Positions 23,881-36,486 of a stretch of DNA of 64,000 nt are shown piece by piece. The translations under genes and the position numbers were made by a program. The stretch comes from Felis catus (taxonomy: Eukaryota). The DNA lies in NCBI RefSeq assembly GCF_018350175.1, contig NC_058368.1, forward strand, positions 187,056,001 to 187,120,000. The letters are read 5' to 3'. Each line of letters opens with the position of its first letter. Position 1 is the first letter of the stretch. A model generated the notes under the pieces. That model ran no database searches. It saw nothing but the letters and a program-made list of their open reading frames with translations, and was not told the DNA's origin.

Positions 23881-24971
23881 GACTAGCTGGCCTGAGCTAG
23901 CGGCCCATGGCCCATTGAAGCAATAGACCTGTTAAAATGCCAGACCAGCTCTCCCTATTGACACGGAATGGAGGGGGAGTATAAACCATGGTGCTCACTA
24001 GCCCTTCCAACCCTAAGAGAGTTCCGGCAGCTGCCTTGCCATCTGGCAGGGTTCTACTGCTGGATCTTTTCTATTGTAGCTACTCTGTTAAACCACAGCT
24101 TTTTTTTCCTGGGCACCAGGGTGCTGAGAGCCGGTCTTGGGCTAGAGGCCCAGTGCTCGGTGAGGCAGCAGGCCAGCTAAGGCATTTGAATCCTGTCCCT
24201 TCTGTGCTCTCAAGGTGGAGTAAGAATATAAACCATGGCACTCGCCAACCTCTCTGACCAAGAGAGAGTTCCAGCAGCTCCCTTGTCATTTGGCAAAGTT
24301 CTAGGCCTGGATCTTTTATATACTAGTTGCTCTTTCAAACCATGCACAGTTTTTTTTTTTTTTTCTGTACCCAGAGCAGGTGAATTTGTTCCTGGCCCCT
24401 TGGTACTATTCCTCCCTACTGCAGATCCCAGCCTCAGGGGTGGAGGTTTCCTTTGTGACTGTGTTTCATTCACTGGTTGCTCTTCATTCCTGCCATTTGT
24501 GCTCTTTTATTATGCAGAAGCTGTTCAGTCAGCTCTCTGTTTCTCTTCTAGGAATGCTCTATAAATAAATGTAGATTTGGTGTGTTTGCTGAAGAAATGA
24601 GTTTGGGATCTTCCTACATTGTCATCTTGGACCAGAACTCTGAGTATGGGCTTTGAAATCAGATGTTCGTGGTTTGAATTCACACTCTGCCACTTACTAA
24701 TTCAGTGGCCAATAACAAGTGAACACTCATTAAAAGGTAGAGGTAGTTATTATATGATGATCATCATTATTTGCTAGAGGCAACTCCATTAGCATGAATC
24801 TAAGACAAGAAAACATAAAGGGAATATCTTCCAGAGAGACCAGGCTAGGACCAGAGAGCTCAAAAAAGGCCATTTTTAGTAGGTGTCCTTTCTATCTCCT
24901 CTTTTAGTTCTGTAATGTTTCTGTTAAAAAATAAAATACAGAGAAGTAAACCAGATATGATTTCAATTCAC

Positions 24972-25316
24972 TGTCAATACATTGGGTAGGATAACTAACT
25001 CTAAATGCACAACAGATAAACCTTGAAGTCTCATTGGCTTAAGGGGTAATAGTTTACTCATCTGTCATAATCAGTTTGTTCTGGGTTGGGAGATCATCCT
25101 CCAACCTGTAGCTAAGCCATCCTCAAGGTCACTGAGTCATGGGATGAGAAATAGAGGAGATAGTCCAGCTCTTAGCAGACCTCAGCCTGGTAGTGGCATA
25201 TATCATTGTCACTCATGTTCCATTGGCCAGTACTAGTTACAAGGGCCCAACCAAATGCAGGAGAGGCTATGCTAGGAGTAGCACATAGGTATTTGGTGAT
25301 TATTGCTTCTGCTACA
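24972..25316 (-). mobile_element. Old MaLR solo LTR (MLT1J/K-like)
   Basis: cactcatgttccattggccagtactagttaca...atttggtga...tctgctaca. Confidence 0.6.
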
Positions 25317-25440
25317 TTCTTATTGTGTGACGTTGGTAAGAATGATCACTTAACATCTTTGAGCCTCAGTTTACTAAACTTCTAAAATGTCCCTAATAGT
25401 TCCTACTGCATGGAACTTTGTAACAATTTCATGGTATCCC

Positions 25441-25480
25441 ATTTCAAGGTATTTGCAACAATTTCAAGGTATTTGCAACA
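25441..25480. repeat. Exact 20-bp tandem duplication ATTTCAAGGTATTTGCAACA x2
   Basis: Directly visible. Confidence 0.9.
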
Positions 25481-25509
25481 ACTTTAATAGAAACTATTCA
25501 GTATCGATG

Positions 25510-26240
25510 TTTTTGTGTAGATTGCTAGTACCACAGAGGGTTCTGGGGCTACAGGCAACAGAAAGAGGCTCTAACTTCAGAAACTATGGAACTTATTGGA
25601 AGGATTTGGGGTAACTCTTAGAATCCAAGACTGAAAAACTAATTGTAAAAAACCATCAGTTGGATTCCATGTAGGAAGTATAGGAAATGATTTGGTTTTG
25701 TGCCAACCCCTTGATAAACCAAGGAGTAGGCATTTTGACAGCCCTTCTACCCAGGGTTCCATAAAGGGAGGGAATAGTTATTTCAAAGTAAATGTGGGTG
25801 CTATTGCTATAAGAGAAGGAGGCTAAGTGGCCACAGATAACAACTGTCCATTCATTTTGTCAGTTAGGAATAAGACACACACAAATAATACCCAATTACA
25901 GTAGCTTAAACAAGAAGTGCAGAGGGAAGCAGTCCATAGCTAGTGTATGGACTCAAAGATGCCCTCAGGGACCCATTCTTTATAACCTTCGTCTCTGCCT
26001 CCTCAGCAACAGTATTTTCTCATCCCCTTACCTTATAATCACAATATGGCCACTCTATGGCCTACAGTAGGAGGAAGGAGAGTCATACTCTATTCCATCT
26101 CATTGGAAAAAAACTGTGACACATGGGTAATCCTAGTTTCAAGGAAACCTGGAAAATTCCTTCAGTTTTTTAAATACACTTTCGTAGGTTTAAACAAAAG
26201 AGAAGTTAATCTACTAGACATTAGATCTGCTAATCTACAG
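25510..26240 (-). mobile_element. Two adjacent old MaLR LTR relics (MLT1K/L-like)
   Basis: gcaacagaaa...acttattggaagga...; second copy from ~25858 tgtcagttagg...agtagcttaaacaa...ctcagggaccca...tctcattgg...cacatgg. Confidence 0.55.
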
Positions 26241-27316
26241 TGTGTGCCCCATGTCCACAATTTAACATTAATGTTAATGAGTATTAAGAGGAGGAAGGTA
26301 GAAGGCATTTCCAACTGGCCTGAACCTGAAGAATTCATTGCATTAATTCTTCACTCCAAGGTGCTTATTAAGAATGGACAGATGTGGGAATTGCTTCTTG
26401 GGATTTGTAGAACCCATTCCTGACCTGGGAGAACCTGAGTAGTATTGAATAGGGAGAGTGAACTGGGTTGATTGATGTTTTCCTTGAAGTTGATTCTGGC
26501 TGGATCGCTAGTTAAAAGCCCCTTCTATAGTGAAAGTTCTCAAAGGTTCTAGCACAATACACTTCTATGGTAACACACTGGCAAGAAAGATATGGGTAGA
26601 ATATTTTATAATAGGTGTAATACCTAATCCATTCAAAATTCGCAATAAATGGAAGCTATTTTCTAAGTTTCCTCAGAACCTACCTTTCTTCGCTTTAGAT
26701 ATTCAAAATCTGAAGTCTAAATCTAAAAGCCATGCAGTTCGATTTTATAAATACCCTTTGGGGCAGGATTCTACATGTAGTAGAAGTAAAAGGGAGGGTA
26801 CAGAGGAAGTCAGAGAAGGCATGATAAGTCTCTGTGGAGAATTATGTCCTCAGCTAAACAAAATTATCCCATTTCTTTTAGTTTGTCTTGTTTTGTTTCA
26901 TTGAACTATAATTGGCATGCAATATCCTATTACTTTCAGATGTACATGATAGTGATCTGATTTTTTTTATGCATTGCAGAATTACCCCCATAATAAGTCT
27001 AGTTATTATCTGTCACCTTACAAAGTTATTACCATGTTATTGACCATATTCCTTATGCTGTGCATTATATCCCTTGATTTATTTTAATACTGGAAGTTTG
27101 TACCTCTTAATCTCCTTCATCTGTTTTGCCCACCCCTCAACCCCTTTTTCCTCTGGTAACAGTTTTTTCCTGTATCTAAAATCTATTTCTGTTTTGTTCT
27201 GTTCATTTGTATTTCAGATTCCACATATAAGTATACAGTAGTTATTTTTCTCTGACTTATTTCACTTAGTATGATACCCACTAGGTCTATCCATGTTGTC
27301 GCTCATGGCAAGATTT

Positions 27317-27526
27317 TTTTTTTCAACGTTTATTTATTTTTGGGACAGAGAGAGACAGAGCATGAACGGGGGAGGGGCAGAGAGAGAGGGAGACACAGAA
27401 TCGGAAACAGGCTCCAGGCTCTGAGCCATCAGCCCAGAGCCTGACGCGGGGCTCGAACTCACCGACCGCGAGATCGTGACCTGGCTGAAGTCGGACGCTC
27501 AACCGACTGCACCACCCAGGCGCCCC
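27317..27526 (-). mobile_element. Young Can-SINE (CpG-rich SINEC_Fc type)
   Basis: Most CpGs intact; diagnostic ttcagccaggtcacgatctcgcgg on -; short TSD AAGATTT. Confidence 0.96.
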
Positions 27527-27771
27527 AAGATTTAATTTTTTTTATGGTTGAGTAGTATTCGTGTGTATGTGTGTGTGTGTGCATGTGCCTATGTGTGTGT
27601 ATACCACATCTTTATCCATTCATCTATCAATGGGAACTTAGATTGCTTCCATATCTTGGTTATTATAAATAATACTGGAATAAACTTACAGGGGTGCATA
27701 TATCTCTTGGAATTGGTGTTTTCATTTTCTACAGAGGAATACCCCAAAGTGGATTATATGGTAGTTCTATT

Positions 27772-27985
27772 CTCTTAAAGACTCAGCAGTGTTTGGTTGT
27801 TCTTAAGTTTTTATTTATTTTGAGAGAGAGAGAGAGAGGGAGAGAAAGCGCAGAGCAAGGGAGGGGCAGAGCAAAAGAGAAAGAATCCCAAGCAGGCTCT
27901 GTACTGCCAACATGAACTATGAGATCATGACCTGAGCCTAAATCAAGAATTGGATGTTCAACCGACTGAGCCACCCAGACACCCC
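27772..27985 (-). mobile_element. Can-SINE with extra 3' sequence
   Basis: TSD TGGTAGTTCTATT at 27759-27771 and 27986-27998. Confidence 0.9.
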
Positions 27986-28691
27986 TGGTAGTTCTATTTT
28001 TAATTTTTTAGGAATCTCCATACTTGTTTTCATAGTGACTGCACCAGTTTACACCCCCAACAATGTACAAGGATTCCCTTTTCCCCACATCCTCACCAAC
28101 ATTTGATTTTTTTGTTTTGTTTTGTTTTTTTGGTAATAGCCAATCTGACTAGTGTGAGGTGATACCTCATTGTGGTTTTGATTTTCATTTCCCTGATGAT
28201 TAGTGATCTTGAACATCTTTTTATATACCTTTTGGCGAATTGTGTATTTTCTTTAGAAAAAATGTTTTTTTCAAATCTTCTGCTTATTTGAGTTTTTTAA
28301 ATATCAAGTTGTGTAAGTTCTTCATCTATTTTGGATATTAACCCTTTATCAGATGTATGATTTGCAAATATCTTCTAACATTCAGTAGATTTTCTTTTCA
28401 CTTTGTTGATGGTATTTTTCACTGTGCAGAAACTTTTCAGTTTGATACAATGCTATTTGTTTATTTTAGCTTTTGTTGCCTTTGCCTAAGGAGAATGTTC
28501 CAAAGAATATATATGTTGTTAAGACTGATGTCAAAGAGCTTACTGTCTATGTTTTCTTTTAGGAGTTCTATGGTGTCAGGTCTTATATTCAAGTCTTTAA
28601 TCCACTTCAAATTTATTTTTGTATATGGTGTAAAATACTGATCCAGTTTTATTCTTTTACACAGTTGCTATCCAGTTTTCCAACACCATTT

Positions 28692-28765
28692 TTTAAATTA
28701 ATTTATTTTTTAATTTATATCCAAGTTACTAGCATACACCGCAATGACTTCAGGAGTCATTATAC

Positions 28766-28830
<65 letters not shown>

Positions 28831-28991
28831 CCATTTATTTTGTTGAGGGACATTTTTATCCATTCATTTGTTGAGGGACATTTGAGCTCTTTCCATACTT
28901 TGGCTCTTGTTGATATTGCTACTGTAAACATTGAGGGTGCATGTGCCCCTTCAAAACAGTACACTGTATCCTTTGAATAAATACCTAGTAG
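28692..28991 (-). mobile_element. Short 5'-truncated L1 nested in an older L1
   Basis: TSD CCAACACCATTT at 28680-28691 and 28992-29003. Its 3' end resembles the L1 at 54870. Contains a (TA)n tract. Confidence 0.85.
28770..28830. repeat. (TA)n microsatellite
   Basis: Directly visible. Confidence 0.95.
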
Positions 28992-29599
28992 CCAACACCA
29001 TTTATTAAAGAGGCTTTTTCCTTATTTATCAGAAGAGTAATTGACCATATAAGCATGGATTTATTTCTGGGCTCTATTCTACTCCCATTAATCCATGTGA
29101 CTGCTTTTGTACTAGTACCATACTGTTTTGACTACTATGGTTTTACAGTATAGTTTGAAAGCAGAAAGCATGGTATTTTTAGCTTTGCTCTTTAAGATTG
29201 ATTTGGCTAATTGAGGTATTTTGTGGTTCCATACAAGTTTTAGAATTTTGTGTTCCTGTTCTATGAAAAATGACATTGGCATTTTGATGCATATTGCATT
29301 GAATCTGTAGATTGCTTTGGATATTATGCACACTTTAACAACATTAATTCTTCTACTTCATATGGAATATCTTTCCATATGTTCTTCTATTTCTTTCATT
29401 AGTGTCATAGTTTTTATAGGTCTTTGACTGTCTTGGTTAAATTTATTCTTAGGTATTTTCTTCTTGATGGAATTGTAAAAGGGATTATTTTCTTAATTTC
29501 TCTTTCAAAATTGTCTCATTTCTTTCTTAACCCTGTCCTCACTCCTCCACATTACTTTTTTATTTCAATGAAATTAGTCTTAAGACAGAAGCCTAAACA

Positions 29600-29816
29600 G
29601 GGGCGCCTGGGTGGCGCAGTCGGTTAAGCGTCCGACTTCAGCCAGGTCACGATCTCGCGGTCCGTGAGTTCAAGCCCCGCGTCAGGCTCTGGGCTGATGG
29701 CTCAGAGCCTGGAGCCTGTTTCCGATTCTGTGTCTCCCTCTCTCTCTGCCCCTCCCCCGTTCATGCTCTGTCTCTCTCTGTCCCAAAAATAAATAAACGT
29801 TGAAGAAAAAAAAAAA
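29600..29816 (+). mobile_element. Young Can-SINE (SINEC_Fc type)
   Basis: ggggcgcctgggtggcgcagtcggttaagcgtccgacttcagccaggtcacg; perfect 18-bp TSD AAGACAGAAGCCTAAACA at 29582-29599 and 29817-29834. Confidence 0.98.
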
Positions 29817-29949
29817 AAGACAGAAGCCTAAACAATAAACACTTAGGCCTTTTAATATTTTACAAAAGAGTTCAGTGTATCATCCATTTATTGGCCAGAT
29901 TGACTTGAATGCCAGCTAAGTTGTGTGCTTTAGTTGGAACTTTATGTAC

Positions 29950-30370
29950 ATTGTAACAGGAATATTGACTAATATTTAGGAAGCGCTCATTGAGCCCCAG
30001 GCTCTGTGCTCGTTCTTTACATGAATAATCTTCTTTACTCAGCACAAAAACCAACCCATGTACTATCACTTGTATTGTATATGAGGAAATTGAAGACCCA
30101 GGCAAGTTATGAAATATGTCAAATATCATAGCTTCAGGTGATGGAGTTGTGAGTCACACACGCTCTCTGATTCACCAGGCTATGCTGCTATTTTATTTTC
30201 TCAGCAGCCCTTTGGGACATAGACTGTCTTACCATATACCCAAGGAACCCTGGGCCCAAGGAAGTTGGTGACTTGCCCAGGGCCAACAGCAGAGCTATTA
30301 AATGGCAGAGCTGGGATTGAACCCAGGTCCATCTGATTCTTAAATGCAAAGCTGGGCTATCCCACAAGGC
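29950..30370 (-). mobile_element. MIR relics
   Basis: atgaggaaattgaagaccca...; gtgacttgcccagggcc...ggcagagctgggattgaacccaggtc. Confidence 0.7.
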
Positions 30371-33300
30371 TTTTTACCAAAGGCTGAAGATATTTCATGC
30401 ATTAACTCCCTATCCATAAGCCCATTATCAAGATTTACATACACAGTTCAGTGGGTAGTCAAAAACACATACTCTGAAACTAAACTAGCTCTCTGCCATT
30501 AGGGAGTTTCTTAACTTCTCTAAGCATCTACTTATATGTTAAAAGGGACTAAGAGTAATACCTACTTGGTAAGTTGTTGTAAGCACTTGGAACAATACCC
30601 GGTCAGAGTTTATTGTAAAATAACTGTTAGTTGTTATTTTTCTCCCAGCTTGTTTAAATTTTAACCATTTTCTAGCTCATTGTATAGCTTTAATGAATCT
30701 CCTCCTTTTCTCTAAACTTCAGTTTCCCCATATATGAAGTAGGAGGACATTCTCTTGATATTCCCTTGTAGCTGTCATTCCACACTTCTCATGGTTCAGT
30801 CAGACCCCAAGTGAAGCCACAGTCTTGTGTGGCAACTAAGGGAAGCATAAGGCCTTTGTGGAAATAAACACATGGTTAATGTCGGCGAGAAAAATTTCAT
30901 AGCTCCCAAATTCTTAATGATTATAATAGCTTTTATTTGCAGAGTTCTGGCTACCTGCCAACTGCTCTTCAGAACATGATAGATGCGTTTTCATATGTAA
31001 TTTCATGAATCTGTTCATCCCTTTGCTTCTCTCTTGCTAATGTTGATAAAATACATATTTTGTCTAAATACATATAGTGCAAGTTGGGCAGAGCAGCTTA
31101 ACAAAGTATCATATTAGCTAAAATAGGCATTGCAGCTAACATGTGTAATACATGCAAGTGTGTGCGGAAGCGCATGCACGCGCACACACACACACGCACA
31201 CACACACCTATATATTGAGAGAGAGAAAGAGAATTCTTGTTATTGCTTTGCTGGGACTGTCTGCCCACTTTACATTTGTCTAAGTGAAGGCCCAGAATAG
31301 GAAGAACTAACATATATTGGATGACAACTAGATTCTTGGTCTTGCTGCAAGCATTTCACATGGGCTGCCTCATCTACTCCTCACAGTTGCTCTATTGTGT
31401 AGATACTATTAATATCTTTATTTATAGATATATATGAGGCTCAAAGAGATTAAGCAGCTTACTCAGCTAGGTGACTGTTTACCACCACTCTCAGAACTTT
31501 CTATATTTTCTGACCTTAAGCCCATTTTTAAAAGCAGGAAACAATGTCCAGCTCCCTTCATTTAAAAACAAAAAACAAAAAAAAACAGGCACTGGGATCT
31601 TTCCCAGTCCTAAGGAAGAGTGCAGGGGTGGGGGAATCGGCAAAAGCTGAGACCCTCAGTTCTCAAGTCTTTGGTGACAGAAGCTTCCAGGTGAAACCAC
31701 CTCATGGATATTCTGACCTCCCATATGTCAATAGGCAAAAACTTATGGTGAAACTAGCCACGAATGATCTGGTCCACAGAGATGGCCCCCAGATCTCTCC
31801 TCCAGCCCTCGTTGTTCTGGGGTTTGGGGAGAGCTGCAACTGAACAGCCTGTGAGCAGTGCACCGGCACCACTTTCTGAATGAGAACAGCATGAGGCCGG
31901 GTAGGTAGGCAGGGGGGCCTTGCTGTGCTCCTGTTCTGCTGTTGTTGGTTGTGTGATACCTGCAGGAAGCCACCAGGCCACAACCTGTCAAGCATATGAC
32001 AGACTCCTTAAATGATGATGGGACTTGTTCTGCAAGAAGCTAAATAGGATGGCTTCTGTAATATTTAATTTTCAGTAGACCATCAAATGGTTAGATATTT
32101 AGGATTTTGTGCAGCACAAAAGAGCAGGTTTGTGTTAGTACAAGTTTTCCACTTACTGAGAATGTGCTCTGTGGTGCTGCTCCCTCAGTAGCTCAGTGAA
32201 GTCCCTTCAGATAATAAAATGCATTTGGGCCTGTGAGAGCCTATAAACCAATGCCTGCTGGAAGCATGTCTCTTTCTCTGAGGGATGATAAACCAAGGAC
32301 CACATGTGTCAGGGCTTCAAGTCCCAATGCCTCAGGCTCACTACATTAGGAACAATTACAGGCTTCCCTGAGTCCCAGCCTAGCAACTTAGAAACTTTCA
32401 GCAGGTTGGGTTCTGGTCTTGAGTCTGACACAAACAAACTACATAGCCCTGAGCAAGTAGGCATTTCTGGGCCTCTGCCTTCCTGTGTGTAAGATAGAAC
32501 GTTTAGATTGAAAAGTCTCTAAGATTCCTTTGTTAGAATGTTACAGGCCAAATAAATTCTCAGCCATTTGTTGCTGTTGCTAATAGTTACTTGTATTATT
32601 ACTTTTTAAGGCAAGGTAACTGATGTGTAAGGTTCTAGGCTCCAAGAGGGCAGATCTGTTTGGTTCAAGATTCTGTCTCCAGAGTTCAACAGTGCCTGAC
32701 AGAGTGGATGCTTAGCAAATGTCAGATGAATAGTAGTTGGATGGGTCTGATTTTTCTATACTGTCTTCCCTAGGCACTCATAGCAAGTATTCACATGCAC
32801 ACCACTCAGAGTGTGGCCATGCTAATTGCTAGTGAAAACTTCTGAAGCTTATACAGAGGATGCCTTTAGTCATCTGACTTTGTATCCTTGTTTCCTTTAT
32901 CACTTACTGGTCAACATGTCTTTGTAGTAACAGTGTCTTTTCTCATTTCCCAGAATGTTCCAAGTTACTAAGCAGTTGTTGAATTACCTAACATGTGCTA
33001 GGACCCTCTGAAGGGTACTATAGGGGAAAAACAAAATTAGGAAAAACTGTGCACTGACATCAAGGAGTCTGTGGCTATTTGGGAAAAGATGCTCCCATTT
33101 CTCTTCAGAACCTTCTGTCCTTGCCTGATAATATTTTTTTCCATTCTGAGCTCCCTTTCTTTCCCCCCAGAACAGACTCTGAAACTGTGTTCTACTCTGC
33201 CATTCTATAGATCTCCTTATATGCCTGGCATTTCGCCACTTTCAGGGAACTTTGACCCTATAGTTCTCATGCACACATTTGTCACATTGCCTCACATTGT

Positions 33301-33689
33301 TGTTTGATAGTGAGGGCATCATCAGGGGTTCCGAAGTAGAGAGTGGTGAGTTTCTCCAATATCACACAGCAAACCTGTCACAAGATCAGCCTAGGAAATA
33401 GACTCACTCGCTCATTGCTCTTAAACTCTCCTGCCCACAAGAATATTTTTTGGAAGTCTTAGCATCTATCAGAGTTGTTACCAAAGCAATGTTTTATTTT
33501 AAAAAAAAAGTTTTATTTTCTGGAATTTCACCTTACATTTAAAAGAGGCAAAAGGCTTCTATAAAATTAATGCTTGATTTTGGATTTCCACTATGTAGAC
33601 AGTAATGTGCTCATTTTTAGTTTTTTTCATTAAACCCTCCTACCTTTACTCGTTCAAGGATTGGTGGAAGCAGGTGCATCTTGGAGATT

Positions 33690-33880
33690 GTTCAAAAGAT
33701 GTGGGCTCTGATCTTGGTTCTGTTACCAGCCATGTGACCTTGAGCAAGTTAATGTCATCGAACATTTTCTTCATCAGCAGAATGGGGGTCCTTTATTTAA
33801 GGACTGCCTCATGGGGTGGTTGGAAAGATTAAGTGAGATAGTCTATAAAATGTAATGGTTAGCAAATTACAGGAGCTCAA
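33690..33880 (+). mobile_element. MIR SINE
   Basis: catgtgaccttgagcaagtta...ttcttcatcagcagaatgggg...aagattaagtgagata. Confidence 0.7.
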
Positions 33881-34626
33881 TAACTTGTCTGAACCAAGTT
33901 CTACAATTTTTATTGGTCTCCTGCTGTGCACAAGGACCTGTTGGGGGATCCAGAAAAAGCTGAAAAGGCTGACACATTGATTTCCAGGCAAATACTTGAC
34001 CCATACCTTTCATGTGCTTCCTATTCTATCCTCCTACTTCTAAATCTCAGCTCCAATAACCTCCCTATAAGAAGGCCTCCCCTTCCACCACATTTAGAAC
34101 CATCCCCTTGTTACTCTTCATCCCATCATCTTGTATGTTTCCTTCATTTTATAACCACGTTTTGTAGGTTTGGGTGCTTATTGGGTGTTCCCTTCCCCTG
34201 GGGGCAGCTGAAAATTTGCTTTTTCATTATGAAATCCCCGAGCACTCAACCCAGTGCTTGGAACCAAGTAGACATCCTAACTATTTTTAAATGAATTAAC
34301 TTATCCTAGCTACTGAGGATACACTGAATAAGAAAAGAGATAGACATAGGTCTTACCTGGATTTGACTCACGACCAAATCTTATGGGAAGCATAAGAATC
34401 TGTAAGTTAACTTTTTAAACTCTCTGCTTTACTAAGATTAATTTTCCACCTCAGAGCAAACAAAGATAGGTTTACAAAGTAGGTATAAATGAAAACGCCA
34501 TACGGAGAAGAGGAAGGGCAAAGGCAGCTGGGTGAGAGAGATGTGTTACTGAACTCAAACTTGTCCATGTACCTGATGTGCAGTAAGGCAATGTCTGGAG
34601 ACACTGGTTTTAAAGGAAAGAGAACT

Positions 34627-35551
34627 GGGGGATCCTGGGAAGATGGCAGTGTAGGAGGATGCTGGGCTCACCATGCATCCTGCTAATCACTTAGATTCCA
34701 CCTACACCTTCCTAAATAACCCAGAAAACCACAAGAAGACTAGCAGAATGGAGTCTCTGGAGCCAAGCGCAGACGGGAGGCCCATGGAAGAGGGTAGGAA
34801 GGGCAGCAAGGTGGTGCACGCTCCATGGACTGGCAGGAGGGAGCCGGGCAGAGGGGTGGCCCGCTGGCCAAGCAGAGCCCCCAAGTCTGGCTTGCAAAAG
34901 AGGAGGGGCCAGACAGAGTGTGTTCCAACAGCAAGCGGGACTTGACATTTGGAAGGTTATAAGCTAATAGCTCTGCTAGGAGAACAGGAGGGCTGGAGGA
35001 CAATGGGAGGGAGAGTGGTTGAGCCCGGGACGACAGAGCTTAGCTTGGCGGGGAACAAAGGCGCTTGCCAGCGCCATCTCCCTCGCCCATCCCCCAGACA
35101 AGATCCCAAAGGGAACCAGTTCCTGCCAGGGAACATGCTTGCAGCACGCAAACACCCAATGCTGTGCTTCTGCAGATCCATAACTCTGGAGGGTCTGACT
35201 CCCTCCCTGTGTGGCAGGGCCCCTCGTGAAGCGGATCACTGAAGGATAAGTGAGCTGAGCCTGACCCTGCCACTCTGTGCACCTTGCCGATCCACCCTAG
35301 CTAATATGCCAGATCCCCAGCACCACAAGCCTGGCAGTGTGCAAGTAGCCCAGATGGGCCACGCCACCCCACAGTGAATCCTGCCCATAGGAGAGGGGAA
35401 GAGAAGGTACACACCAGTCTGAATGTGGCCCCAACGGTGGGCTGGGGGCAGACATCAGGTCTGACTGCAGCCCCACCCACCAACGCAAATTATTCAAGAC
35501 AACACAGGGGAAGTGCCCCGCAGTCCCGCACCACTCCAGGGACTATCAAAA
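34627..35551 (+). promoter_or_regulatory. L1 5'UTR / internal Pol II promoter
   Basis: GC- and CpG-enriched segment upstream of the ORF1 ATG. YY1-type AAGATGGC at 34640-34647, at the usual L1 5' position. Confidence 0.75.
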
Positions 35552-36436
35552 ATGGCGAAACGGAAGAATTCCCCTCAGAAAAATGTCCAGGAAATAACAG
35601 CCAATGAACTGATCAAAAATGATTTAAACGATATAACAGAAAGTGAATTTAGAATAATAGTCATTAAATTAATCACTGAGCTTGAAAACAGTATAAAGGG
35701 CAGCAGAGAATCTCTTGCTACAGAGATCAAGGGAATAAAAACAGTCAGGAGGAGCTAAAAAATGCTATCAATGAGCTGCAAAATAAAATGGAGACAACTA
35801 CAGCTAGGATTGAAGAGGCAGAGGAGAGAATAGGTGAACTAGAAGATAAAATTATGGAAAAAGAAGAAGCTGAGAAAAAGAGAAAAAATCCAGGAGAATG
35901 AGGAGAAAATTAGAGAACTAAGTGATGCACTAAAGAGAAATAATCTACACATAATTGGTATTCCAGAGGAGGATGAGAGAGGGAAAGGTGCTGAAGGTGT
36001 ACTTGAAGAAACAATAGCTGACAACTTCCCGGATCTGGGGAAGGAAAAAGGCATTGAAATCCAAGAGGCACAGAGAACTCCCTTCAGACATAACTTGAAT
36101 TGATCTTCTGCACGACATGTCATAGCAAAACTGGCAAAATACAAGGATAAAGAGAAAATTCTGAAAGCAGCTAGAGATAAACGTGCTCTAACATATAAAG
36201 GGAGACCTATAAGACTCGTGACCGATCTCTCTACTGAAACTTGGCAGGCCAGAAAGGAATGGCAGGAGATCTTCAATGTGATAAACAGGAAAAATATGCA
36301 GCCGAGAATCCTTTATCCAGCAAGTCTGTCATTTAGAATAGAAGGAGAGCTAAAGGTCTTCCCAAACAAACAAAAACTGAAGGAATTTGTCACCACTAAA
36401 CCAGCCCTACAAGAGATCCTAAGGGGGATCCTGTGA
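35552..36436 (+). pseudogene. ORF1: L1 ORF1p (RNA-binding/chaperone protein), disrupted
   Basis: Starts MAKRKNSPQK; coiled-coil region; C-terminal DLSTETWQARKEWQEIF...PRILYPASLSF...KPALQEILRGIL*. A frameshift ends the first frame at 35758, and there is an in-frame TGA at 36101-36103. Confidence 0.93.
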
Positions 36437-36486
36437 GACAAAGTACCAGAGACATCGCTACAAGCATGAAACCTACGGACATCACA

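Larger units (their letters stand above)
15823..24638 (-). mobile_element. Older, essentially full-length carnivore LINE-1 with nested insertions
   Basis: From left to right: L1 3' end, ORF2 remnants (minus ORFs MFAALFTIAK, QPTEWDK...LISKIYKEL, YEKLYTSKLDNLEE, SSRQKINKET), ORF1-like region ~21960-23050, repetitive 5'UTR, and a CAAGATGAC 5' motif (gtcatcttg, 24621-24629). Degenerate TSD tctgagt(t/a)tgg(g)cttt at 15807-15822 and 24639-24654. Confidence 0.9.
26895..29510 (-). mobile_element. 5'-truncated older LINE-1 (3'UTR plus ORF2 3' part) with nested SINEs and a nested L1
   Basis: L1 3'-end sequence at left; minus-strand ORF2 remnant KAIYRFNAICIKMPMSFF...KTVWY (29112-29333). Confidence 0.9.

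Noticed and set aside
26046..26904. Two ~125-aa + strand ORFs
   Set aside because: The first overlaps an LTR relic; neither resembles a known protein.
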